DNA of 64,000 bases from Minisyncoccota bacterium. GTDB lineage: Bacteria; Patescibacteriota; Minisyncoccia; Phycocordibacterales; DSPV01. The translations under genes and the position numbers were made by a program. The stretch covers positions 46,813 through 110,812 of the forward strand of contig JBAZSH010000001.1 of NCBI GenBank assembly GCA_041662545.1, given 5' to 3'. Below are positions 46,637 to 55,334 of the stretch, piece by piece. The notes below the pieces were generated by a model. That model was not told where the DNA came from. It did no database searches and saw only the letters and a program-made list of their open reading frames with translations. How positions within the stretch are numbered: position 1 is the stretch's first letter; each line of letters begins with the position of its first letter.

Positions 46637-49600
46637 ATGAGTATAAATAAAAATGTTGCGGTGTTCGTTGGTTTGGCTCTCGCTATCGCAGTTGCGGGCG
46701 TGGCTGTTCCAGTGAGTGCTGCCGCTTTGACTCAGTCCCAAATTAACGCGATCATTGGATTGCTTCAATCATTTGGCGCTGACCAAAGCACAATAAGTAA
46801 TGTACAAGCGTCTCTCACTGGCGGTACGCCGTCTGGTGGGGTAATTGGTCCCGGTACTGGCGGTTATACCTTCACTCGCAATCTCACATTGGGAAGCACC
46901 AGTGTGGATGTTTTGAATCTTCAAAAGGTTCTCAATGCGGATGGAGTAAATATTGCTACTTCCGGCGCTGGTTCACCGGGATATGAGACTTCGTATTTCG
47001 GTCCTATTACAAAAGCGGGCGTTGTGAGATTCCAGAATAAATATGCTTCTGAAATTTTGGCGCCGGTTGGTCTTATTAATGGCACCGGTTATGTTGGTCC
47101 TTCTACTCTCGCCAAACTCAATTCAATGGGTAGCGTGGTAGTGGTTCCTCCCGGCACAAATCCTCCTCCGGCTTCAGTTGGCACGGGCTTGACTGTAACG
47201 GCGGCGGCTCAACCTCCAGCGATGCTCTTTCCGTTGAGCGCGGCTCGCGTACCATTTACCAAAGTTAGTTTCACCGCCGGCCTTGATGGCGCGGTGACGA
47301 TTAATAGTTTGGTGGTGGAGCGTGGCGGCCCTTCCCAAGATTCTGATATTTCCAGTATTGTCCTATTGGATGAAAGTGGCACTCAAATTGGTTTGGCTAA
47401 GACCTTAAACTCGGCTCACCAAGTGACTCTTTCCGAGACATTTGTGGTGAATGCTGGTCAAACCAGAACGATGACTTTGGCCGCTAATCGACCGACGGCT
47501 GACGCTGATTCCAGCGGAGCTGGCGCGGTATTCACCCTTTCTTTAGTAGCGGTTAATACCTCTGCTACGGTTACGGGTTCTTTGCCAATTGTCGGCACGG
47601 CCCAAACTGGTAATACTGGTTTGACTATCGGTTCAGTTACAGTAGCTCGCGGTTCTTTGGACCCGTCGGCGCAAGCTGGTGGTGTTTCCAAGAATGTCGG
47701 CACTACTGGTTACACCTTCTCTTCAATTAAAGTGACAGCCGGTTCAACTGAAGATGTTTTGATTAAATCCATTCGTTGGAATCAAGCTTCTTCTTCGGCT
47801 TCATCTGATATGGCGAATATTGTAACGGTGGTTGATGGTGTTACTTATCCAACTGTTGTTGATTCAACTGGTAAGTATTACACTGCCAACTTCGGCACTG
47901 GTATTAAGATTGAAAAAGGTATGTTCAAAGAAATCTCAATTAAAGGCGATATTATCGGCGGTTCTACCCGCACCATCGCTTTCAACATTGAGAAAACTAC
48001 CGACCTTAATGTTTCTGGTGTGAATTTGGGTTATGGTATTACACCTCCGACCAGTGGTACTGGCTTTGCGGCTGGTAACATTTGGTATGCTGGTTCAACT
48101 ATCACCATTAACTCGGGTTCATTGACAGTAACGAGTGATGCAGTATCAGCACCGGCTCAAAACATTGCTATCAATGTGGCTGGTCAGCCCTTGGGCGGCT
48201 TCACCGTTGATGTCAAAGGCGAGTCAATCTCGGTTGCTCAAATGGTATTTACAGCGGCAACCAGTAGCGCCAGCGACACTGCTGGTTCTGGTTTAATAAC
48301 CAACGCTTCGTTGGTTGATGGAAATGGCGCGGTTTTGGCTGGTCCGGTGGATGCAACCCTAACTGCGGCCACTGGTGGATTGACATTTACCTTTACTGAT
48401 ACCATTACTTTCCCAGTTGGAATCACCAAGCTTCTATTGAAAGGTAAAATTCCGACGACAGCTAGTAATGGTGAGGCCTATGCTGTTTCCACTATTCCAT
48501 CTAGTGCTTGGACAACGGTAACTGGTCAGGTTACGAATCAGACCATTACTCCGTCTTCCGGCACGATTACCGCTAGCACAATGACGGTTAAGTCGTCAGC
48601 TTTGACGATTACTGTTTCTCCGGCCCCCGCTGCTCAAACTGTGGTATCAGGCGTTCAGAACTTCATCTTCACCAATTATTTGCTTGACGCTACCGCTTCC
48701 GGTGAAGATGTTCGCTTGTCTGCTTTGAACATTTATTTCACCACTACTGGAACAGCGAGTCATCTGACAAATTGCGGACTCTATGATGGTTTGACTGCGC
48801 TCACCACTGGCGGCAACGCTGTCAATCCTAGCGCCGGCGCCCCGACTAACAATAACTTCATTTTTGACACGGCTTTGGTGATTCCGAAAGGAACTTCCAA
48901 GTCTTTGGCTTTGAAGTGTAATGTTTCTACCAGTGCTTCCGGCAACTTCTATTGGGGTATCAATGCCACTCAATCAGCCACTGGCGTTACTTCCGGTCAA
49001 TCAGTAACTATTACCCAGACCAGCAGCGTCGGTCAGATTATGGCGATTACCACTTCGGGTGGAACTTTGACGGTGGCTCTTGATTCTTCCAGTCCTTCTT
49101 ACACCATCGCGGCTTCTAACACGACGGGTAATACCGCCTCGGTTCTGCGTTTCCACGCGGCGACTGAAGATATCACTCTTCAAACCATTGCCCTTCAAAT
49201 GACGGGGGCTTCGTCAACTGTTAGTGATGTTACTCAAGTAACTTTGTGGGATGGACTCACTCAAGTTGGTTCTGCTACCTTTGGTAGTGGCGCGACCAAT
49301 GCCAGTGGCAATCGTATTGCTACTTCCACTCTCACCACTAATGTTATTGTTCCTAAGGACGGCGACAAAGTGATTACTGTGAAAGTTGACCTGCCAACCC
49401 AAGGTGTTTCTGCTCTTGGTAGACCGGGTGCTCTTATTCAAGTTGATTTTGAGGCATCTGCTGGTGGAGCGACTTCCGGAACTAAAGGTAGTGGTAATTC
49501 CAGTGGTAAAGCGATTTACGCCACTGGTGCCGCTACAGCTTCAGCCGGTCTCCGTGTCTACAAAGCGATTCCGACCATTACTTACCCAACTCTTTCTCAG

Positions 49601-50278
49601 ACCACGCTTAACAACGGCACGATGGACTTGTTCCGCTTCAATGTTACCGCTTCTCCTCAGGGTCAAGTTGGTTTAGCGAAAGTTACTTTCAGAATTTCAA
49701 CCTCAACTTCAGGCACAACGGTTACGCTTTTGGTTGATTCTCTGAATGTCTACGCTTACACTGATTCTGGCTATACAGTTCCAGTTACTGGTGTTCAAGC
49801 GGATGGCGCTTTCTTGGTTACCGCTATGGATCTTGAAGGAGGTGTTACTGGTGGCAACTGGGCGAGCTCTAACACTCAATTAGATATTGGCGCAGAAACG
49901 ACAGCTAGCGCTTCTACCACGGTTATTGTTCCAGCTGGCACGACTCGTTACTTCGCTCTTCGCGGCACGATTACCGGTTCAGTTGCCGGTTCAAGCGTAA
50001 CCACTTATATGGAGGGTGACTCGGCTTTCTACTCTAAAGCTGACAATCCTTTGGTGGATCTCTTGAGCAGTGCGACCACGACTTATCTGGCTCCTTACAA
50101 TGCCACCACGAGTTCTGCTGCTAGCGCGGGCTTGATAGCTGGAACTCATAATGACTTTATCTGGAGACCGTTCTCAACAACCACCACTCAGAGCAATACG
50201 GCAAATGATTATGCTAACGGTTATGGTGTTCCAGGTTTGTCAGTTGGTAGCTCCAATGGTCAGACTCTAAGCAGGTAA
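46637..50278 (+). CDS. Giant surface protein: signal peptide, PG_binding_1-like domain, then divergent Ig-like beta-domain repeats
   Basis: 1213 aa, rich in T/S/G/A/V. The N-terminal region LTLGSTSVDVLNLQKVL...YFGPITKAGVVRFQ...GYVGPSTLAKL resembles a peptidoglycan-binding domain. About 120-aa modules recur, each ending in V(I/V)PxGTxK-like strands. Confidence 0.6.
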   Translation: MSINKNVAVFVGLALAIAVAGVAVPVSAAALTQSQINAIIGLLQSFGADQSTISNVQASLTGGTPSGGVIGPGTGGYTFTRNLTLGSTSVDVLNLQKVLNADGVNIATSGAGSPGYETSYFGPITKAGVVRFQNKYASEILAPVGLINGTGYVGPSTLAKLNSMGSVVVVPPGTNPPPASVGTGLTVTAAAQPPAMLFPLSAARVPFTKVSFTAGLDGAVTINSLVVERGGPSQDSDISSIVLLDESGTQIGLAKTLNSAHQVTLSETFVVNAGQTRTMTLAANRPTADADSSGAGAVFTLSLVAVNTSATVTGSLPIVGTAQTGNTGLTIGSVTVARGSLDPSAQAGGVSKNVGTTGYTFSSIKVTAGSTEDVLIKSIRWNQASSSASSDMANIVTVVDGVTYPTVVDSTGKYYTANFGTGIKIEKGMFKEISIKGDIIGGSTRTIAFNIEKTTDLNVSGVNLGYGITPPTSGTGFAAGNIWYAGSTITINSGSLTVTSDAVSAPAQNIAINVAGQPLGGFTVDVKGESISVAQMVFTAATSSASDTAGSGLITNASLVDGNGAVLAGPVDATLTAATGGLTFTFTDTITFPVGITKLLLKGKIPTTASNGEAYAVSTIPSSAWTTVTGQVTNQTITPSSGTITASTMTVKSSALTITVSPAPAAQTVVSGVQNFIFTNYLLDATASGEDVRLSALNIYFTTTGTASHLTNCGLYDGLTALTTGGNAVNPSAGAPTNNNFIFDTALVIPKGTSKSLALKCNVSTSASGNFYWGINATQSATGVTSGQSVTITQTSSVGQIMAITTSGGTLTVALDSSSPSYTIAASNTTGNTASVLRFHAATEDITLQTIALQMTGASSTVSDVTQVTLWDGLTQVGSATFGSGATNASGNRIATSTLTTNVIVPKDGDKVITVKVDLPTQGVSALGRPGALIQVDFEASAGGATSGTKGSGNSSGKAIYATGAATASAGLRVYKAIPTITYPTLSQTTLNNGTMDLFRFNVTASPQGQVGLAKVTFRISTSTSGTTVTLLVDSLNVYAYTDSGYTVPVTGVQADGAFLVTAMDLEGGVTGGNWASSNTQLDIGAETTASASTTVIVPAGTTRYFALRGTITGSVAGSSVTTYMEGDSAFYSKADNPLVDLLSSATTTYLAPYNATTSSAASAGLIAGTHNDFIWRPFSTTTTQSNTANDYANGYGVPGLSVGSSNGQTLSR

Positions 50279-50294
50279 AATTTAACCACTTGTG

Positions 50295-50314
50295 CCCTCC
50301 GCCTAAGGCGGAGG
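50295..50314. repeat. GC-rich palindromic hairpin CCCTCCGCC-TAA-GGCGGAGG (copy 1)
   Basis: Perfect inverted repeat. The same core recurs at 53689-53721. Confidence 0.6.
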
Positions 50315-50322
50315 AGGTTAAG

Positions 50323-50360
50323 AAAATCCCCCGATGTTTCATCGGGGGATTTTCGTTTTC
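50323..50360 (+). terminator. Intrinsic terminator of the giant surface-protein gene (AAAATCCCCCGAT/ATCGGGGGATTTT stem, GTTTC loop, followed by CGTTTTC)
   Basis: Perfect 13-bp stem followed by a T-rich tract. Confidence 0.7.
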
Positions 50361-50385
50361 TCTGATTTTCTGCTATATTATTTCT

Positions 50386-51075
50386 ATGAATAAAAAACTT
50401 ATAATTATCTTCGCTGTTCTGGTTTTGTTAGCCATCGGTTATTATGGCTATAATGAATTGAAAGGGAAATTTAGTGGTTTAAGTGATGAAAATACTGTAG
50501 CCACTAGCACCAAACGAACAGTAGAAATTGCTCCCGGCATTTTTGCTGAAGTGGAAGGCGATGAAATGCCCAAGGTTGAAATAGTGCCGATAGTAGATGA
50601 AAAAATAAAAGCCCCCACTCTTAACCGGCCAATTGTTATTCCGATATCAATGACGGAAGAAAGCGGAAAGTTTTTTACGGCTAAAATTGAAGAACTTAAA
50701 ACCAAACTTCGTAAAGACCCGGGCCCTTATGACGACTGGCTTAATCTTGGAATCTACCTGAAACAGATTGAAGATTACAATGGAGCGGAAGAAATTTTGG
50801 TTTATCTCATTAAAGCAGCGCCCGGTAACGCTATGGCTTATATCAACTTGGGTGATCTATATACTTATTATTTTCACGACAATGTAAAAGCTGAAGCGAC
50901 TTTTCTCAAAGTGGTGGAAGTAGCGCCTCGCTGGTTGGAAGTTTATTCTCGAATTACCGATTTTTATGTAACCGCTCTTCAAGATAAGGCAAAAGCAAAA
51001 AGTTTTCTTGAAGCTAGTGTCGCCAAATATCCGGATATGAAACCTCAAATTGAACCACTTCTTAAAACCATATAA
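50386..51075 (+). CDS. Membrane-anchored tetratricopeptide-repeat protein
   Basis: Start at the ATG at 50386 (MNKKLIIIFAVLVLLAIGYYG). TPR-like helical repeats (AMAYINLGDLYTYYF...). The longer upstream extension is rejected. Confidence 0.55.
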   Translation: MNKKLIIIFAVLVLLAIGYYGYNELKGKFSGLSDENTVATSTKRTVEIAPGIFAEVEGDEMPKVEIVPIVDEKIKAPTLNRPIVIPISMTEESGKFFTAKIEELKTKLRKDPGPYDDWLNLGIYLKQIEDYNGAEEILVYLIKAAPGNAMAYINLGDLYTYYFHDNVKAEATFLKVVEVAPRWLEVYSRITDFYVTALQDKAKAKSFLEASVAKYPDMKPQIEPLLKTI

Positions 51076-51078
51076 AAA

Positions 51079-51180
51079 ATGAAATACTTAGACAAAACTT
51101 TTTTCAAATTTTTGGCGGGCTTCGTCGCGATTTTGGCGGTTAGTTTTTTGGTGTTGGTTTTGACGAATTTGCTTTAATTT
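51079..51180 (+). CDS. Possible 33-aa single-TM micropeptide
   Basis: MKYLDKTFFKFLAGFVAILAVSFLVLVLTNLL. Not in the ORF track (below 60 aa). It lies in the rplJ leader region. Confidence 0.2.
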
Positions 51181-51331
51181 TTGGGTTGTGTTAATTTATT
51201 GACATTAGGCCAAAGACAATAGGCACTCGCCAAAAAGGCGGAAATAAGTCCTATCGAGGTCAAAAATCTCTTCGGAGTTTTTGTCTACGGCCTTAATATT
51301 ATAAGGTCGATTTTTTTTAGAAAAAAACAAA

Positions 51332-51820
51332 ATGGCAAAAACTAAAGAACAAAAAAAGGAATCATTGGCTGTTATCGCCAAATTGATTAAAGAAGTCAAA
51401 GATGTTGGTTCGGTAGCTTTGGTCAAATTCAGTGGCTTAACGGTTGCTGATGCGACTGATTTGCGTCGCAAATTGCGCGCTGAAGGTGTTGGTTATATGG
51501 TGGCGAAGAAAACGCTTGCCAAGAAAGCCCTAGCGGAGAGTGGTGTGTCTGGCGAAGTGCCGGCTCTTGATGGCCAGATTGGTTTGGCTTGGGGTGTGGA
51601 CCAAATTGCTCCAGCGCGAGGTGTCTATGAATTCCAAAAAAAGTTAGATAAAAAAGTGGAATTACTCGGTGGAATTTTTGAAGGGCGGTTTATGAGTCGC
51701 GAGGAGATAAGTGGTATTGCTGTTATCCCAACGCGCCAAACGCTCTATGGCCAGTTAGTCAATGTTATCAATTCGCCGATTCAGGGATTGGTAATAGCGC
51801 TTAGTAAAATTAATCGTTAA
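51332..51820 (+). CDS. rplJ: 50S ribosomal protein L10
   Basis: 162 aa with similarity to L10. It lies directly upstream of rplL. Confidence 0.9.
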   Translation: MAKTKEQKKESLAVIAKLIKEVKDVGSVALVKFSGLTVADATDLRRKLRAEGVGYMVAKKTLAKKALAESGVSGEVPALDGQIGLAWGVDQIAPARGVYEFQKKLDKKVELLGGIFEGRFMSREEISGIAVIPTRQTLYGQLVNVINSPIQGLVIALSKINR

Positions 51821-51824
51821 AACT

Positions 51825-52238
51825 ATGGAAGAAAATAAAAAAGAGGAAGTTGCGGTAGAAATTCCTGCCAAATTCAAAGATTTGGTGGAGAAAATAGAAA
51901 AAATGTCAGTGATTGAGTTGAATGAGTTGGTTAAATTATTGGAAAAGAAATTCGGTGTTTCGGCGGCTGCTGTTGCTGTGGCCGGGCCCGCCTCCGCTGG
52001 AAGCTCTGGCGAGGCAAAGGAAGAAAAAACTTCTTTTGATGTAGAACTTAAAGATAGTGGTGCTCAAAAGATTGCTGTTATCAAAGTTATCAAAGAAGTA
52101 CTCGGTCTTGGTTTGAAAGAAGCTAAAGATTTAGTTGACAGTGCGCCGAAAATGTTGAAGGAAGGTATGAAAAAAGCCGAAGCTGAAGAATTTAAGAAGA
52201 AAATTGAAACCGCCGGAGGTAAAGTTGAATTGAAATAG
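51825..52238 (+). CDS. rplL: 50S ribosomal protein L7/L12
   Basis: [10 protein letters not shown] hinge. The C-terminus [24 protein letters not shown]...GGKVELK is present. Confidence 0.95.
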   Translation: MEENKKEEVAVEIPAKFKDLVEKIEKMSVIELNELVKLLEKKFGVSAAAVAVAGPASAGSSGEAKEEKTSFDVELKDSGAQKIAVIKVIKEVLGLGLKEAKDLVDSAPKMLKEGMKKAEAEEFKKKIETAGGKVELK

Positions 52239-52259
52239 CTGGTCTGCTAGTATGCGACT

Positions 52260-52892
52260 GTGGAAGTCTTAAGCAAACTTTTTGGTTGTCCAGCGCGTGT
52301 TAAATTAATGCGCTTCTTTCTCTTTAATTCTGACAAAATTTATTCTGGTAAAGAAGCGGGTAGTCGCGCTCACGCTTCACTAAAGGAGGCAGAAAAAGAA
52401 CTACGGACTTTTGAGAAGATTGGTTTTATAAAACGCCGTCAGATTATTGAAACCGAAGTAATAAATCGTCGCAACAAAAAACCATTAGTTCATCGTCGAA
52501 AAATTACCGGTTGGACATTGGACCGGCTTTTTCCCTATCTCTTGCCTCTGAAAAATCTGGTTATTAATACCACCTTGATTGATCATCGCGATATGATTCG
52601 TCGCCTAGCGCGTGGTGGCAGTTTAAAATTGGTAATTGCTGCCGGCGTTTTTATTCAAGAAGACGACAGTCGCTTAGATTTGTTGGTTGTGGGCGATCAT
52701 TTGAGAAAAACCGTTATTGGTCGGGCGGTTAAGGTGATGGAGTCGGAAATTGGCAAGGAGCTGCGCTATGTAATTCTGGAGACCCAAGAGTTTAAATATC
52801 GCGCTAGTATCTGCGATAAACTGATTCGCGATGTAATGGACTATCCCCACCAAAAACTTTTGGATAAACTGGAGCAGGACAAGGAAGAATAG
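52260..52892 (+). CDS. Hypothetical protein (N-terminal wHTH-like)
   Basis: 210 aa. FGCPARVKLMRFF resembles an ArsR-like HTH. It is inserted between rplL and rpoB. Confidence 0.3.
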   Translation: MEVLSKLFGCPARVKLMRFFLFNSDKIYSGKEAGSRAHASLKEAEKELRTFEKIGFIKRRQIIETEVINRRNKKPLVHRRKITGWTLDRLFPYLLPLKNLVINTTLIDHRDMIRRLARGGSLKLVIAAGVFIQEDDSRLDLLVVGDHLRKTVIGRAVKVMESEIGKELRYVILETQEFKYRASICDKLIRDVMDYPHQKLLDKLEQDKEE

Positions 52893-52977
52893 GGTTGTGG
52901 ATATCTTTTCCCATTGATTCTCCCTGTGTGGTAAAATATAGATGCCGAAGTATTATCAATTTTAATAAATAATTTAT

Positions 52978-53664
52978 ATGATTGAACCATGGAGCAATGT
53001 GCTGGTAGCGTCCTTCCAAGATGTTTGGGTGGGAGTTGCTGGTTTTTTGCCAAAATTAATCGTGGCATTTGTTATTGCCATTATTGGTTGGATAGTTGGC
53101 GCAGTTTTGCGTCAAGTAGTTGTTCACTTGTTTCGCATTCTCAAGGTAGATAGTGTTTTGAAGCAAGCAAGGGTGGAACAAGTGGTGAATAAGGCAGGTT
53201 TCGAATTGAATTCTGGTCGCTTCATCGGCAGTTTGGTGGAGTGGTTTGTAATTGTGGTTTTCCTGATCGCAGCCTTTGATGTCCTCGGCCTGAATCAAGT
53301 TACTGCTTTCCTTCAACAGGTAGTGTTGTTGTATTTGCCTCAGGTAATTGTGGCGGCCTTGATTCTTTTGGTGGCGGCGGTAATTGCTGAAGCAATGCAG
53401 AAGGTAATTGTTGGTTCCGCTAAAGCGGCTGGCGTCAGATTTGCTCATTTGGCCGGAACAATAACGCGTTGGGCGATTTGGGTTTTTGCTATCTTGGCGG
53501 CGCTATTCCAATTGGGCATTGCGGCAGCTTTCATTCAGACCTTGTTTACCGGAGTGGTCGTGGCTTTGGCTTTGGCGCTCGGTTTGTCTTTCGGTTTGGG
53601 TGGTCAAGAAGCAGCGGCACGCTATGTTGAGAAGATTCGTCAAGAAATTACTGAAAAGAAATAA
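52978..53664 (+). CDS. Membrane protein with repeated conserved TM-helix units (MscS-associated TM_helix-like)
   Basis: 228 aa. It has two similar units: LPKLIVAFVIAIIGWIVGAVLRQVVVHLF and LPQVIVAALILLVAAVIAEAMQKVIV. Confidence 0.4.
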   Translation: MIEPWSNVLVASFQDVWVGVAGFLPKLIVAFVIAIIGWIVGAVLRQVVVHLFRILKVDSVLKQARVEQVVNKAGFELNSGRFIGSLVEWFVIVVFLIAAFDVLGLNQVTAFLQQVVLLYLPQVIVAALILLVAAVIAEAMQKVIVGSAKAAGVRFAHLAGTITRWAIWVFAILAALFQLGIAAAFIQTLFTGVVVALALALGLSFGLGGQEAAARYVEKIRQEITEKK

Positions 53665-53688
53665 AATTTCTTTTGCGAGATAGCTTTC

Positions 53689-53721
53689 ATAGCGCCCTCC
53701 GCCTAAGGCGGAGGGCGCTAT
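53689..53721. repeat. GC-rich palindromic hairpin ATAGCGCCCTCCGCC-TAA-GGCGGAGGGCGCTAT (copy 2)
   Basis: Perfect 15-bp stem with the same core as 50295-50314. It lies between the upstream gene's end and aspS. Confidence 0.6.
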
Positions 53722-53749
53722 TCTTATCCTATTTTTTTGTGCTATTATA

Positions 53750-55186
53750 TTGGCAATGGAGCGGACATACATAAAAGATTTAAAAGGAAAGATTGGCAGC
53801 GAAGTTAAAATCGCTGGTTGGGTTGATATTCGACGCGATCACGGCAAGTTGATTTTTATTGATTTGCGAGATGTTACCGGCAAAGTTCAGATGGTAATCT
53901 TACCCGCCCGCAACGCCTCGCAAGGCTCGGCTTGCGTGGCGGGCGGGCCCAATCATAAAGAAGCTCACGCTTTGGCGCAGAAAGTCCGGCCGGAGTGGGT
54001 GATTGAAGTAACCGGAAAAATCAACAATCGGCCGGAAAAATTGGTAAACAAAAATGAGCCAAATGGTGAGATTGAAGTGGAGGTTTTGGAATTGAATGTT
54101 TTAAACGAGGCCGAAACTCCACCTTTTGATATTTCCAGTGATGGCAAAGAAATAAATGAAGAAACACGGCTTAAATATCGTTATCTTGATTTGCGAAGGC
54201 CACGACTTCAGAAAAACATCAGAATTCGTTCCGAATTTGTCGACCGTGTCCGACAATATTTATTCAGTAAAGGTTTTACCGAAATAGAGACGCCATATTT
54301 TACTAGTACAACACCAGAAGGCTCTCGGGATTTTGTTGTTCCAAGCCGAATGTATCCGGGAAAGTTTTTTGCCTTACCCCAAAGCCCCCAACAGTATAAG
54401 CAGCTTTTAATGGCTGCTGGTTTTGAAAGATATTTTCAAATCGCCCGTTGCTTTAGGGACGAGGATTTACGAGCTGATAGAGGATTTGAGCATACGCAGA
54501 TAGATTTGGAAGTGAGTTTTACGACACGGGAGGAATTGATGCAACTTGATGAGGAGATGATAACGATTGTTTCAGAAGCGATGGGGCATAAAATTAAAGA
54601 GAAACCATTTCCGCGTTTTTCTTACAAAAAAGCGATTGAAAAATTTGGAGCGGATAAATTTGATTTGCGAAATGAAGAAGAAAAAAAGAATGGAGTTTTG
54701 GCTTTTGCTTGGGTAATCGATTTTCCGTTTTTTGAAAAAGATAAAGAAGGAAAATGGACATTCACTCACAATCCGTTTTCTATGCCGGCACCCGAGCATT
54801 TGGAGTGGCATTTAAAAGGGGAGAATATAGATAAAATTATAACTCAGCAATACGATTTAGTTTGTAATGGTTATGAAACCGGCGGTGGCAGTATTCGGGC
54901 TCACAAGCCGGATATATTAAGGGCGACCTTTAAAACCATGGGCTATAGTGATGCGCAGATTGAAAAAGATTTCGGCCATATGCTTAAGGCATTTAGTTAT
55001 GGCACTCCTTCTCATGGTGGTATCGCGCACGGCATTGAGAGAATGATCATGATTTTTACCGGGGAGAAGGAACTTCGAGAAGTACAATCATTTCCTCAAA
55101 CTTCTTCTGGACACACCGCGGTTATGGATGCCCCGAATGAATTATCCAAAGAACAACTCAAAGAGTTGGGTATAAAACTAGCTTGA
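53750..55186 (+). CDS. aspS: Aspartate--tRNA ligase (compact form without GAD insertion)
   Basis: Class IIb motifs are present: FFALPQSPQQYKQLLM and RYFQIARCFRDEDLRADR (motif 2), GGGSIR and GIERMIM (motif 3). N-terminal OB fold. 478 aa. Confidence 0.9.
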   Translation: MAMERTYIKDLKGKIGSEVKIAGWVDIRRDHGKLIFIDLRDVTGKVQMVILPARNASQGSACVAGGPNHKEAHALAQKVRPEWVIEVTGKINNRPEKLVNKNEPNGEIEVEVLELNVLNEAETPPFDISSDGKEINEETRLKYRYLDLRRPRLQKNIRIRSEFVDRVRQYLFSKGFTEIETPYFTSTTPEGSRDFVVPSRMYPGKFFALPQSPQQYKQLLMAAGFERYFQIARCFRDEDLRADRGFEHTQIDLEVSFTTREELMQLDEEMITIVSEAMGHKIKEKPFPRFSYKKAIEKFGADKFDLRNEEEKKNGVLAFAWVIDFPFFEKDKEGKWTFTHNPFSMPAPEHLEWHLKGENIDKIITQQYDLVCNGYETGGGSIRAHKPDILRATFKTMGYSDAQIEKDFGHMLKAFSYGTPSHGGIAHGIERMIMIFTGEKELREVQSFPQTSSGHTAVMDAPNELSKEQLKELGIKLA

Positions 55187-55222
55187 TATTCTTTAACTTA
55201 TCCCCAGTTATCCCCACCCCTC

Positions 55223-55249
55223 TTGACAGAATTTTGTGGTTGATATAGG
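55223..55249 (+). promoter_or_regulatory. Putative sigma-70-type promoter upstream of rpoB (TTGACA -35, TATAGG -10-like, 15-nt spacer)
   Basis: A consensus -35 hexamer was read directly. The -10 match is imperfect and the spacing suboptimal. Confidence 0.3.
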
Positions 55250-55334
55250 ATAACCGCCACTTGGGAAAGATTGTGTTTTGACCGCAATCTCAAGCTTATT
55301 GGAGGGTTTTCTTCGTAAGCTTTTTTTGTTGCTT

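Noticed and set aside
50290-50385. Longer N-terminus (MCPPPKAEEVKKIPRCFIGG...) for the TPR protein
   Set aside because: The extension overlaps the upstream terminator hairpins and their palindromes, so its odd composition is a read-through artefact. The ATG at 50386 gives a clean TM N-terminus.
55278-55334. TTG start at 55278 for rpoB
   Set aside because: The ATG at 55335 gives an N-terminus that aligns with canonical RpoB (KxFxKxxxxxxxPxLxxxQxxSF). The upstream extension is hydrophobic junk.
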